This document shows, piece after piece, positions 14,001-26,500 of a stretch of 64,000 nucleotides of DNA. The stretch is from NCBI RefSeq assembly GCF_964204645.1, contig NC_134035.1:8092451-8156450 (forward strand), given 5' to 3'. This DNA is from Tubulanus polymorphus (taxonomy: Eukaryota > Animalia > Nemertea). The translations under genes and the position numbers were made by a program. A model generated the notes under the pieces. The model was not told where the DNA came from and made no database searches. It was given only the letters and a program-made list of their open reading frames with translations. The number at the start of each line of letters is the position of its first letter. The stretch's first letter is position 1.

Positions 14001-16425
14001 ACGGCGTCGATTTCCTCGACGAACATCTCATACATTTTGTCGTAAAATCGCTCCAATTTCTCCGGCGACAAATCGATCGCGAGAGTTTTAAACGCCTGCT
14101 CAATGACTCGGTGTCCGAAGTGCAGGTACACCAGGCCGGCGCTGCTCAGTTTCGTCGTCCATTTCTTTTCCGGTCGAAGTGTATTCATAGTGTGCGCGAA
14201 CTCTCTGAAATATTTTTGAAAACCGTGAAACGTCGACATAGGTGGATCAGGGAGGGGTGCGCCCCCAAAAATCAACTGCTCACTGACTATAAAATATTCA
14301 AACTGCTAGAATTCAAGAATTCAGTCAAAACGCAAAAAATTCTTCGTTTTTTCTCCATAATCGTGGGTTTTCTTCAATTGAATCATAAACAGTCACTGGT
14401 CTATGGAAACCGGTGATGTCCAATGAATGGCAGGACTAGGTTGCAGTGGGTGAATTTGACTATATTCCTAAAAATTACTGGTCAATAATCTGCCAACGAA
14501 GTAGCAAGCATTGCACATGAGAAGCTCAGTAAAAAGAGGGTCAAGGGTCCTCCCCAGGAAAATTTTGAAGTCGTTTTCCTTGTATCTAAGGCATTCTGGA
14601 CATGTCAGATTATATACTTCCAAAAAATATGTTAGTCACATTTTTTACTGACTATATTCCCGAATACAGTGGAATATAGCATGGATCATCAGCACGCAAA
14701 ACAAATCTTGTTACCTCTGGTGATGATCATATCTGTGAGTATCCGGGCTGTAAACTCCGCCTACGTCAACAACAATGTCACAAGTTTCTAAAATCTCCGG
14801 TTTACGACTCCTGAAATATTGGTAATTGTTCTGCTTAAAATAACATGTTTCTCATATAGGCATATTCCAGGGCCGAGTTCCATTAAAAGGATTAGCTAGT
14901 AAAATCGTTTTAACGTGGAAGAAATCAAATAGATTTTAGAATCATTTCGGCTTAGGAAAATGTTTGTTTCAATTGTTGTCTTGATCGAAAAGATGAAGTA
15001 CCTTTCAGAAACTTTTTGCAAAAACAAATATTAAAATAGAAAGAAATATTAAGTAGGACTTAAGGGCACACCCTTTAAGTACCTACACCACAAAGGACAT
15101 TACATATCTAAACTAAGAGCCTGTCTGTATATCGGGGGCCTACTGCCTTCTTTGATGGTAATTGGTACATCTAGGCCTACCTAATGATTTCGGCATTTTT
15201 ATAAGCGGGCAGCGTCTTCAGCATGTAACATGCAAATACTTCATCGCAGTGAAATGTACCGTCGTGTGTTCCAATCTTGATACGATCACCTGCAGCAGCT
15301 GCCATTACTGAAATATAAATCGAATTCAAATCTAAATCAATGATACTGAAGATGTCTGGGCTGCCAATAAGAAGTAGGCCTATATACACAGGCGTGGATT
15401 CAGGGGGGTGCTAGAGATAAAGCAACCCCCTTGGAAAATATCTTTTGTTTATTCATTTTCAGTTTTACAACAGTACATTTCATAAAACAAGGTAAATTTG
15501 AAAATGATTAAGCAGTGCCTGAAACGATGTCCTTGAATTCATGAAAATAGGACTGATTTTTTACAAATCTTCGGGGGATGACCTGCAGATCACCCCCCTT
15601 TGATAATACTGGATTGGCCTCACTGCTGCATCTTTACCCATCAAGCAATTTAAACTCACTAAGCTAAAGCCGTTCCCCGAACCCCTTGACTTCACAAGTC
15701 GTCGGAGTTGTAACTAGCCGACCAGAATCCAGTAGGGCCAATCAAAGTGCTTGTAACAACATTGTAACGCCCCGACATTGGCTTCTGTTGAATTTCCGTT
15801 AAAATCGACCAATCAGCGAACATTTCGCAAGTAGTAGTTAAGGTTATATGACATCATGCGCAAAAGCGCCAGTAATGATATTGCGCATCGTAAGGCCTGG
15901 AGGGCTGGTTGAAGCGAATTTGAGGTAATACCGGACACCCACAAACGCGGATGTCTCTGCCGATTACAGGGGCAAAATTGATGAACCAGGACCTCTGACC
16001 GGGACCAGGCAGGAACCCTAACATTTTTTCACATTCGTTCAATTGGCTTTATATGCACATGTCCCAGATTCTTCAAATAATTTCTTATCTTTGACTTTGT
16101 TTTGAAAAAGTCAGAAGAAAAGATAGTCAGTAACTACTGTCTGTGGTTTAGTTTCACATCGGATATTTTCACAAACAATTCGACTATAAAAAGCTTACCA
16201 CCAACGATCAGGTAACTAAAACTAAAGAAAAGAATGAAAGTGAAAGAAAGAATTAAAGAAGGATGGATTGGAAGTTTAATTATTCGGATTCTTATATTAG
16301 TTTTTTAAGGCTTAAGTTTTAAGTTCTTTGTTTCACTTACTATTATGGATTCTTAATGCAAATACACGTTTAACCTTCGGATGAGTGGCCGGGAATCTAG
16401 AAAACACTTTCAAAATGCAGTTCAT
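11032..16425 (-). CDS. MYG1: MYG1 exonuclease (UPF0160 family), 8 coding exons including a putative targeting-peptide first exon
   Basis: Minus-strand exons 16425-16341, 15307-15181, 14810-14715, 14204-13959, 12994-12916, 12680-12558, 12476-12295, 11206-11032 join in frame. Family motifs: [70 protein letters not shown]. The first exon is less certain; a second ATG lies at 15305. Confidence 0.94.
12054..12230. mobile_element. Tc1/mariner-type MITE in the last MYG1 intron
   Basis: TA-CAGTCAAACC...GGGGTTGACTG-TA; part of it is duplicated in inverted orientation at about 11790-11912. Confidence 0.75.
13341..13671. mobile_element. TIR element with 5-bp TSD (hAT-like CAGGG termini)
   Basis: CAACT-CAGGGTTTCCAGTGGT...ACCGCTGGAAACCCTG-CAACT; internal AAGAAGGAC-type subrepeats. 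Confidence 0.75.
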
Positions 16426-16587
16426 AAAATACTGTTTAACACAGAAACAGAAACTATTTAATTCAATTCAATTCAATAGACTGGGCGGCGCGTGAGGGAC
16501 TCGGAGCCGCGTCGGGCATTAGAAATAAATTCAAATTATACTTTATTGATCGTAATTATGTCTGCGCTAGGCAAGTGAGGGCAATTA

Positions 16588-16601
16588 GTAGCCATGGCAA
16601 T
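16588..16601. promoter_or_regulatory. RFX X-box-like motif in the MYG1/LOXHD1 divergent promoter region
   Basis: GTAGCCATGGCAAT matches 12/14 positions of the palindromic X-box GTTGCCATGGCAAC. Confidence 0.5.
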
Positions 16602-17581
16602 TACGATAAACAGTACTCTAACAGTAGTACTGAAAATCAGATGGCGCGCCCGTATGTAAAAACACAGTCCATGTCCACATATAGAAAACAATGAATTAAA
16701 TGCACATTTTTAAATCTCAAGGCAAGAAAGCCCTTCAAAGATTCTGAGAGTAAAAAACAAAAGGTAAAAGGTTTGGATTTTTAACATAGGGGCCTAATCA
16801 ATTCATTGATGATATTGTTGTAACTGTATTTTTTTGGGCCTGATATGATACAAACCTGATTTGAAACCATCTCTCTGAAGAATTCAAGATGCACCATTGC
16901 CGTTTTAATTAAAGGTCGTCTTTTTACCAGTCTTTGCCGGACACAGTAGTCATAAGTAGTCAGTAACCTCTCTGTGACTGTGGTTTAGTTTCACGATCAG
17001 ATATTTTCACATAAGCCCATCCGATTATAAAAAGCTTATCAGTATCACCAACGATTAGCTAGGTAACTTACTAAGTCATAAGCACATTACATATAGTGCC
17101 TACCGGTCTTGTGTCGCACGATTCTGTTTCTGTTTCTTTACGTTGACGTACCAACTCTGGCGTTGGATGTCAACGGTGGTGAGAGGGCGAAGTGTCTATT
17201 ATTGAGGGGACGAGCAAGTGAGTTCTTCGGAACTCAGCTGCCGAAAATCCTAGTTTCATTAGCCCTACGCTGTTATCAAGATGGTTCCACCTAAGTGTAG
17301 TCCTAACGAAAAATTAGTTTTTGTTCTGGTTGTTTTCTGTATGCGGGACAATGAAACCGCGAATGTTTTTTAAACTGTACCTTTCAACCGGGTTTGAGCT
17401 TTCGTAATCAAATAGGCGCTTTGAACAACAGTTCGACTGCGGTTTATGTCATTAACTGGACTTGTGCTTAGTTTATGTAAAGTTTTTTAGCCGTCCTACA
17501 GGCTTATAGGCCTACTGGATTTTCTAACATTTCTAGGATTCCCATTTCTAGGATTCGGGGCGTCAACTGAAAAAAGGCAGA

Positions 17582-20500
17582 ATGCAGTCAAACTACCCGG
17601 TCACGTATACAAACTCTGAAGGGATGAAATGGGCGATGCAACAAACTACGATTACATCTTTCAAAGCCGATAAAGCCCACAACCCGCACCCACCGTTTGC
17701 CGCTAAATATGGCCGAAAGATTCGTCCTACTTCAGGTTAGTCGATCAAGCTGTTCCTGTTGTCTTAGAAGATACTCAAAGTTGTGCCCCATTTTTATTTA
17801 AAAGTACTTCTTCATACAGGGTGGGATTTTGTTGAAAAACCATCTAAAATAGCTAATTTGGCATTGGCATTTAATTTCTTTGATGAAGACTGCGTCGAAA
17901 TTCGTCGGCAGGAAGACTTAAGACTCTGTTTCTGTTTCTGTTTCATGTTGTGTAGCTCCTGCAGCAGGTCGCTCGGAACCGTGGCATCAAGTTAACTATA
18001 ACGCTCCTCAACCAAGAAAACGCTGTCATATTTCATTAAACCATCAAAATCTTGAGTCTAAAGTCAGCAGGCACGCTCCATATGCCGGTATGTACTTTTG
18101 TTTTTTCCACAAGATGCACTTAATTGTGCTTTAATACCATCTGACATGTTTAATCCAAGATTCAGTTGCTCAAATATTGGTAAACCCGGTAAAAGTATTG
18201 GGCGTATGTTTATGTCAAATATGGTCATTCTTTTAGCATTTTGGACGAATATTTAGTCTACATGTTCATCACCACCCATCGTGTTATACACAGAGTGCTA
18301 GATGTAAAATTCATTTCTGAATTTGTCAGTTATTTCCGCTGGTAAACTTCGAAATCTATAAATATGTATATATTTTCAGCTCGTAAATACGACTCCGCTG
18401 TATTTACGTCGAACGTCGCGCGACCGATGTCTTCTCTACCCGATTATAATCCACTTCACGATCCACATTTACAAGATTATTACGAGAAAAGATTCGCGCG
18501 AGCGTTATTATCGGCGCAGCAGGTTAGTCAGTGTTTCATTGCATCATCCCTAGCATTTTAACAGGGTGGCCACTCATATGGAATTCAGGGAAATCAGGGA
18601 AAAATCAGGGAATTTGATTTTCACCTAAAAAGTCATGGAATAGTCAGAGAATTTTATGAAGAAGGTCAAAATCATGGAAAAGTCAGGGAAAATGGTTTTT
18701 ATGCACGTCAAAAATACATTCCTTTTCTAAAAATTCGAAATGAAATATACCGTAGTTGAGACAACTTTGGTCATGGAATTTTGGTAAATGTTCAAGGAAA
18801 AGTCATGGAAAAGCCAGGGAAAAACAATCTCAGATAAAAGTGGCTTCCCTGTTAAAGGTAACCGGTATTATATCCTATTCAGGGACGGATCTAGGAAAAT
18901 TGAAAGGGGGGTCAGGAATGAAGGAAAAGGCGTTCTTATGAAGAAGGCAACCAGTAGTCAATAAGTAGTTTCAATAGTTATAAGGTGCTTGTATGTATTT
19001 CAGAAGCAGACGCTTCGTAGACGGGCATCGTCAATTATATCAGCAGCAGGCGGTGCTGACGCCGGAAAGAAAGGCAAACAGAAAATTGCGTTGTACAAAG
19101 TCGCGGTGACCACCGGCGACCGAAAAGCTGCCGGAACTGACGCCCGGGTATTCATCCAGTTGAAAGGCACGAAAAATCGCATGCCGAAAATACGCCTGTT
19201 CAAAAAGACGACCGCCAGTAAAGACCCGCGCAAAGATCCGTTTAAATTCGCGCGTGGTACGACTCATATATTCAAAGTAAAAGCGAACGAACTAGGTGAA
19301 CTGAAATCATGTGTTATTGAGGTGAGTTAAGAGTAAAAATATGAATGTACATTATTTAGTGTACATTCACCCCCACACCACTCCTAGTAACGAGGAGTGG
19401 TGTGGTGTGAGTGGTCATAGCAAAAATTGGCCACTTCTGCCCTTGTACGTAATGCTTTAAATTGTGTACTGGGGGTTTGAAAATCAGCAAATATTTACAA
19501 ACATAATCTATGAGCGATCTTTTGCCTAACTGCTTTCCGTTGAAGAACAAGTCTGAACTTTAGCCGGATTGATGACTCCTGACTGCAGTTTAGATGTAGA
19601 GATATAGGCTTGGGTCAATTATAATATCAATTTGCAAGTGTCAAATATAATCGTAAATAGTTATCTAAAACTGCGCTGTGATGGTGTTACATTTTTCAGC
19701 ACGACGGCCTGGAGAAAAAGCACAGCTGGTTTCTAGAAAGCGTTGAAGTTGTTAACGTAACAACAGGCACGTCGTGGATGTTCCTTTGTCAACAGTGGTT
19801 GTCCTTACACGAGGCCGACTGCCAACTTTCTCGGGAACTTTTCGCTAAAAAGTCAATCAAAACAGGTTTGCATCCGTTGACACCATCAGGTTTTGGCCTT
19901 ATTGTAAATACAATAAATTTTCCATTTTGAATATAGTAAATAGTGGGTCGATCTTGATGAAACGTGGGTACAATGTTATTATGGGTTCTATTTGTGCAGT
20001 GCAATGAATGGGCTCAGTGCACCACCTAGCGGCAGAACTAGGCCTTAAAACCCCCGTTTTTCAGCGGCATGACCTTGAAGATGATCTCATAACTTAGGAA
20101 CGGGGTCGAAATTCATAATGTTGTCTCGACAAAATTTTGCTATTGGGCCTAGATACAACATAGGGCCTATCCAAAATGCAATAAGAACTAACGCATCAGA
20201 GTTTGAGTTTGTGCCCGACAACCATTGTCGCTTGTTTGTTCTGTTAAATGAAAGTATTTGGAAATTCGGCATGATTTTGTCTGTTTGACCGGGAAATTTT
20301 CATTCAATCTCCATTGATTGTAGAGTATGAAGTGACCGTCGTTACGGGCGATGGTATCGGAGCGGGCACCGACGCGAACGTCTTTTTATCGATTTTCGGT
20401 AAAAGCGGCGTCCTGTCGAAGGTTCATCTGAAAACGGCCGCGAGAAAACCTTTCCAGCGTAGTCAAAGCGATATATTCTCGTTGAAAGGAAACTGCCTCG

Positions 20501-23500
20501 GCCCTTTGCACAAAATCAGGTATGTACTTAAAGTTTTAGAATGTCCAAAAAGTTTTTTCGATTTATCAAGAACTCTGAAAACCATTTCATTATTGTACCG
20601 GTACCTTGACTTGAAGAAATTTGAAAAAACTGGAAAATTATCTGAAAAAATGATGAATTATCAAGGTTCATTATGATGCCATGCTTCTTAATGCCACTGC
20701 TCACATAACGGCAACATTTTTAAGTCAACAAATTCGCTTGACAGTCCTACTTAAATTCAATGAAAATACAATTCTTTATTCGCTATTTGTTATAACGCCA
20801 TGTTTTCATTGGTCCTAACAGTACATTATAAAGGACTTTTACTGTATTTTTTCATCGAAAAAGCTGATTGTATGGATGTGAAAACTACATTCAGCTCATC
20901 GATCTGACCATTGATGCTTTTATGTTTTCAACACATCAATTATCAATGATATTTCTCTGCTATTCAGAATTCAGCATGATAATACCGGAATCGGACCCGG
21001 TTGGTTTCTCGATCGCGTCGTCATCACCGATCTTAAACACCCGAAATGGAAGTATTTCTTCCCGTGTAATCAGTGGCTGTCGCGTACGGAAGGCGATCGC
21101 GCCATTAGCCGCGATTTGATCGGTTCGCAAGATCCGCTGGCTTCGCGAAGAGGTATGTGCTCGTACTCGTCTAATAACTTCTTTAATACAACATCTGTTT
21201 ACGCAATGTACGTTCTTTGAAAGGATCTGTTATCACATATGAATGACACATGTATCATATAGCTGACATCTTTTCTGAAAAGGTTTATAAGTAATTATGA
21301 ACATTTTCTTATCTTGCACTCAATTTTGGATTCCATAAACAATTTGGACTGTCTATCATACGATTGTAGAAAAATCCCACGAAGAAAAAAATAATAGAAT
21401 AGTAATGATTAGTCGCAATTCTCTACTATCAGGCATTTTCAAAACTTTTTGACTGCATGTTCACTCTCAATACAAGGGTGGATCTAGGATTCTTTGAAGG
21501 GGTGGACCTGAAGCAGCCGTTGCACCCTATATGGAACCGTATTTCCAGTATATATGCTGACCCCTTAGGGGTACTTTATTTAAAAAGGGCAAATTTAGCT
21601 ATAATCATGAAAATCACGAGGGCTAAAAGCATGAAACATTGGTGGGGTTTCTGGCGGCCCTGTAACAGAAAGTTTAGGATAGAAAGGGGCTTTTCTGGCC
21701 TTTATGAGGACCCATTTGGATTTATATTTTATCTTTCTCTAGACTTTTTGGTGGGCACAGTAAATCCGCTCTTGACCCTTTTAGTTTTCCTTTGAAATTG
21801 TGGGTTTTCTTGATAAATTCAAACTATGGCAATGCTTTTTAATACACATACAAATTTCCACTCTACACTTCTGTAATATTTCTGCTTTGTGTCACTTTGC
21901 GTCAGGCATTTTGCAAATTCATGCTCATATATTTTTCATCTTATTTTATCGCTCACTCAGGTGCTGGTAAGTAGACTATTTTGTATACGATCATGTGTTA
22001 ATCTGTTTTGTTCTGTGTTGACGACCTTTATGAACCATTAAGCACCCAGGGGTGAATCCAGGCTACAAGAAATCACTTGCTATCAAAAACTGTAAAAAGA
22101 TGCCCAGCCACATAGTTTTGTACTCACCCCTGGTATACTTTGGTATCGGGTGCATGTAATTAATTAACGATTGAATGTTGATGAGGACCCCGTCGTGCCA
22201 CCAACTATCCGGCCAGACATTGTGCATAACGATAGGACAATTTTAAATTTAGTTTCACTTTCAATAAACTTTCATCTAGACTTTTTAAAGGGGGGTCAGA
22301 CAGCGGTATGTCATACATTGCATCGTTGCCGCAAGCGTAAACCTTAAATGACGCAGCTGACTGCGGTGTCCTCATTGCTTATCAAAATTCTTTTTGAAAT
22401 GACGTGTAATGCTGGTTTAGTGCATGTTGCCGCTTAAATCAATTGTGTTGCTGATATCTATTTAATGTTAATTATCTATCCCGCATGGAATAGAAAGTTA
22501 TGACCAACTTCTCATCCTTAGCCGTGTGTCGAGCTTGGTCCTAAAATCTATTATCTTTATAGAATTGTCAGATTTAGTTCCGTTTCGTCCATATTGAACT
22601 AATACATCGATATATTTTACAATGTAGCCAGCAAATACATGGTGACAGTGTACACCGGAACTGTACGAGGGGCTGGCACTGACGCCAATGTCATTTTACA
22701 AATGTTCGGCTCACTCGGCGACTCCGGAGAAATTAAACTCAACAACAGCAAAAATAATTTCGAGAAAGGACAGTAAGTTTATCGAAAATTTAACTGATAT
22801 TCTATTCATTCACACAATCAATCCACAATCAATCCATCAATCCTCCCACGTTGAGATTCGAACATCTGGTTATGCGGGGTTGCCGCTGACCTGGAAAACT
22901 CAGGGAATCAGAGAAATCTAGAAAGTAGTCCTGGAAAACTCGCGGAATTTGAAACATTTTGTTAAAAAAAACCTATCCAAGGGAATTTCGATATGTTAAT
23001 TGACCACGTGTTTCTTAATCAATATGTGATTCATAAGAATTGATTTTAAACCGAAAAATTGCCCGGATTCACTCTGGGAATTTTGTGATGTAACGTGAAA
23101 ATGTCAGAGAAAACTCGAATAGGTGTCCACCCTGCTACGGTACAAATCTCTTCTATCTACGGTACGAAACCTCACCGTGCTAAAATCTCAGAATTTGTAT
23201 GATATTTTCTTGCCTGTGAGCTTTCTCAAATGAAGACCAATTTCTGATTCACTGCCATCCAGTTAGCTACAAAAGGTGTTTGTTACATGGCGATGTCTTA
23301 CCATGTCAACAGGATAAATCCCAGCAATGAGCTGATTTTTTAAATTTTTGCAAATGGAAAACGTTTTTTTCTGAAGCGCATGTAATGAGTAACTTGTATT
23401 TATAGGAAAGATGAGTTCACAGTGTCGTGTCCTCACATCGGAAAACTTGATCGCATTCGTATCGGTCATGACAACAAAGGACCAGCGCCAGGCTGGTTTT

Positions 23501-26500
23501 TGGATAAAGTAAGTTCTTTCATTCCTGACCAATCAAACCCGCATACCAGCGCATTATAGGGTTGAAACATTGATAAAACGTGAGATTTGAATAATTGCCC
23601 TGTTCTCGCTCAAATTTTAACTCAATTTATTCATGTAGATTATCGTCGACGATATGGAAATGAGTAAAGTGTACGAATTTCCTTGTAATCGTTGGTTTTC
23701 GCGTACAGAAGACGATGGCCGCATACAGCGAGATCTGATTCCGGGTGTCGGCACTGATGATGCTCCTGCAGGTAATGATAACATAGTATGATACTATAGT
23801 ATATACTACATGTAGTAGCGGAAATATGGGAAATATTTGTAATGTCTACATTTGAGCCGATTAAATGCGTTTTCAATCGATCAGCATTCGTTAAATCTGG
23901 ATTCAGATGAATTTTTTTGCCTACACTAGACGTCAAATTACCAACTAGACTAGCGTACACTGGCATGCAAGTCTATTATCATTTGAATATCTTGACGAGC
24001 CTGTATTTATTGTTGCGATCTACTCTAAAAGAATCAAGATTAAACAAATGTGGATTCATTGATTCGTGTAGACAGTGCTCAAGTAATTGTTTTCCAAACT
24101 CTAGTATAGTCATAGGTCCCGATACACTTGACAAATTATTTAGTCTGTATCTGTTTGGATCTGATAGTGATCCTATCAATGAGCTGCGATGGCTTCGGGA
24201 ACAAACAAATTTACGATCGTTTGATACTGGAGTATATGTTTGCAACGAAATACAGATATGAATGTATGTACACTTCACGTGTGTTTCATTGCAGGTGTGC
24301 CGTATCGAATCACCGTGACGACCGGTGATAAACCTCTCGCCGGTACGTCCGCTCAGGTTTTCATTATCATGTACGGCGGAAAATCCGGCGAAGAAACGAG
24401 CGGAAAAATTTGGCTCGATACCGGGAAATTCGAGCGAGGAAAAACGGACATATTCAACGTCGAAGTTGCTAAAGTGCTGAGTCCTTTGTCGAGAATCGAT
24501 ATGGGGCACGATAACTCTGGCCCGGGAGCCGGCTGGTTTTTAGAAAGTGTAAGTTTTAAACATATTGCATTCGATTATTTGAGATTTCAATGTCGGGTTC
24601 GGAGGCAAAATCTACGAGTCATACAAAATGTTTAGCCCTTTCAGTGGGTCTACACCACAGTGCGGTGTATGAATCGGTGATGGATTTTGCGAGTACACCG
24701 CACTGCGGTGTATTGATTTAAGTAGTTATTAGTAATTATCTCTCTTGAAAAATGGCAGCACCTGTCAAACATTGTGAAATACTAGTAACTAACGATACAC
24801 CGCGCCATTCCCTTTATTCAACACACTAGGGTGGAATTTCTAAAAAATTTCAAATTATCTCCAGCACTATAGGCTATTGATTAGTCAGCACTGAAAGGGT
24901 TAAGGGCAAGAAAAAAAGAGAGCCAGTGAAAATGTGAAATGATTGAAAAATAATGCAATCTAGGGCCAATTACAGCTGTTATGAAATTTATGAGTTTCCA
25001 AAATCAAGCCCTTTTTCAAATTTTTCTCTACGAAATGGTATCTTATTTCTGAGTAGAAATTCATTGTTTTAACATAATTTTGTGGAAAATTTGTATTTCT
25101 ATAAAATTGTACCCTTCATGAATAAGAGGCAATCGAAATTTTAAGGCTCGTAACACCCCCTTGATTTGAACTCGTTGTTTTACATTCTGCATGTTATACA
25201 TGCAGGTTGTCGTGAAATGTGCGAGTATCGGAATGGAACAAACATTCGATTGCCACAAATGGTTATCGTTAGATAATGACGACGGCTTGATCGAACGAAC
25301 TCTGTACGAAACTAAATCCTTACGTAAAACTGGAAAGAAAGGTACGTTTTACCTCCTTATTTAGGTTTTAGCTAAATCACTGTCATTCCACCACCAGTGA
25401 ATAGCCAAATTTCTGCATGAGTCGTATTGAATATTTTGGACTAGCTTCTAGACTTGCAATGTTGAATTTATTGCCTAAGTCGGATTTTCACATAATTCAG
25501 ACAGAAATCCCTTTTGAAGAACAGAATTAAGCAGACTGCTGTGTTTGGTTCTGTTTTAAAATTGAGGCGATTCGATGACTATTGATTTCAATTGAATTGA
25601 TTAATCAGACAGCTGCTTTTTGTTTTGAGCCGCTATACACATCGTTCATTTTCTAAGTTGCCACTTTTCTGTTCGATTGATAGCTACGACTTGGTTCGCT
25701 TGGGTCGTCACGTCGGACGTAAGAAGCGCCGGAACCGACGCGAACGTGTCGATCGTTTTATACGGCGACAAAGGAAAGTCCGATGTGATTCCGATCACCA
25801 GTAAGGGCGACGGTTTCGAACGCGGGCAGACGGATAAGGTCAAGGTCGAATCGAGCGAAGTAGGAATTCCGTACAAACTGCGCGTACAACATGATAACAG
25901 TGGCCAGTACGCCGGATGGCATCTTGATAAGGTGAGTGTTTTCAGTCGGGTTGTAGAGCAAGACCCACAGTTGATAATTTAACAATTTTGAACAGAGATT
26001 TTAGTTTCTCTAATGCTGAGAAGATTCGTGAAATGATAGTACGATATAATGGTTAGATTCGTAGACCGGGTGTAGAATGAATATGAGATGAGTAGTACTG
26101 TATAGGTTAACTAGTTTATTTTAACGCACGGGCTTTTGCTACTAATGTATTGTAGCTTCATCTGGTAAATGAGTGATGAAGCTGCTATACATTACTAGTA
26201 ATAGCAAACGTTTGTGTATCAAATAAAATAGTTAACCGTTAAAGTAAACTATTCTTCTCGTATTTATTCTGATGATGAAGTTTAGTCAAAACTTTGAAAC
26301 TGTCAGAAAGAATTGTTAAATCATCAAATGTTGGTTTTGCTCATTAACTCAGAAATACAGAGATTAATATCAGTTGTGTTGTATAGTATTGATTTCGATG
26401 TTGTAGGGGTCTTTACAGGCGTTTAATCTTTGTAGCTGAATTTGATTTTTCCTTCGTGTTTTTCTGTTCATATTTCAGCCTACTACTAATCTGAAAAAAT

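Noticed and set aside
13070-15165. Two similar about 75-bp segments (about 13070-13135 and 15089-15160) in MYG1 introns as paralogous snoRNAs
   Set aside because: No C/D or H/ACA box arrangement on the host (minus) strand; more likely repeat fragments.
17880-17912. Hammerhead-like TTGATGA-A-GAC-tgc-GTC-GAAA-TTC-GTC in LOXHD1 intron 1
   Set aside because: C3 is missing, stem II is only 3 bp, and stems I and III are unconvincing.
23979-24509. 176-aa minus-strand ORF and similar antisense ORFs across LOXHD1
   Set aside because: Antisense shadows of CpG-rich exons extended into introns.
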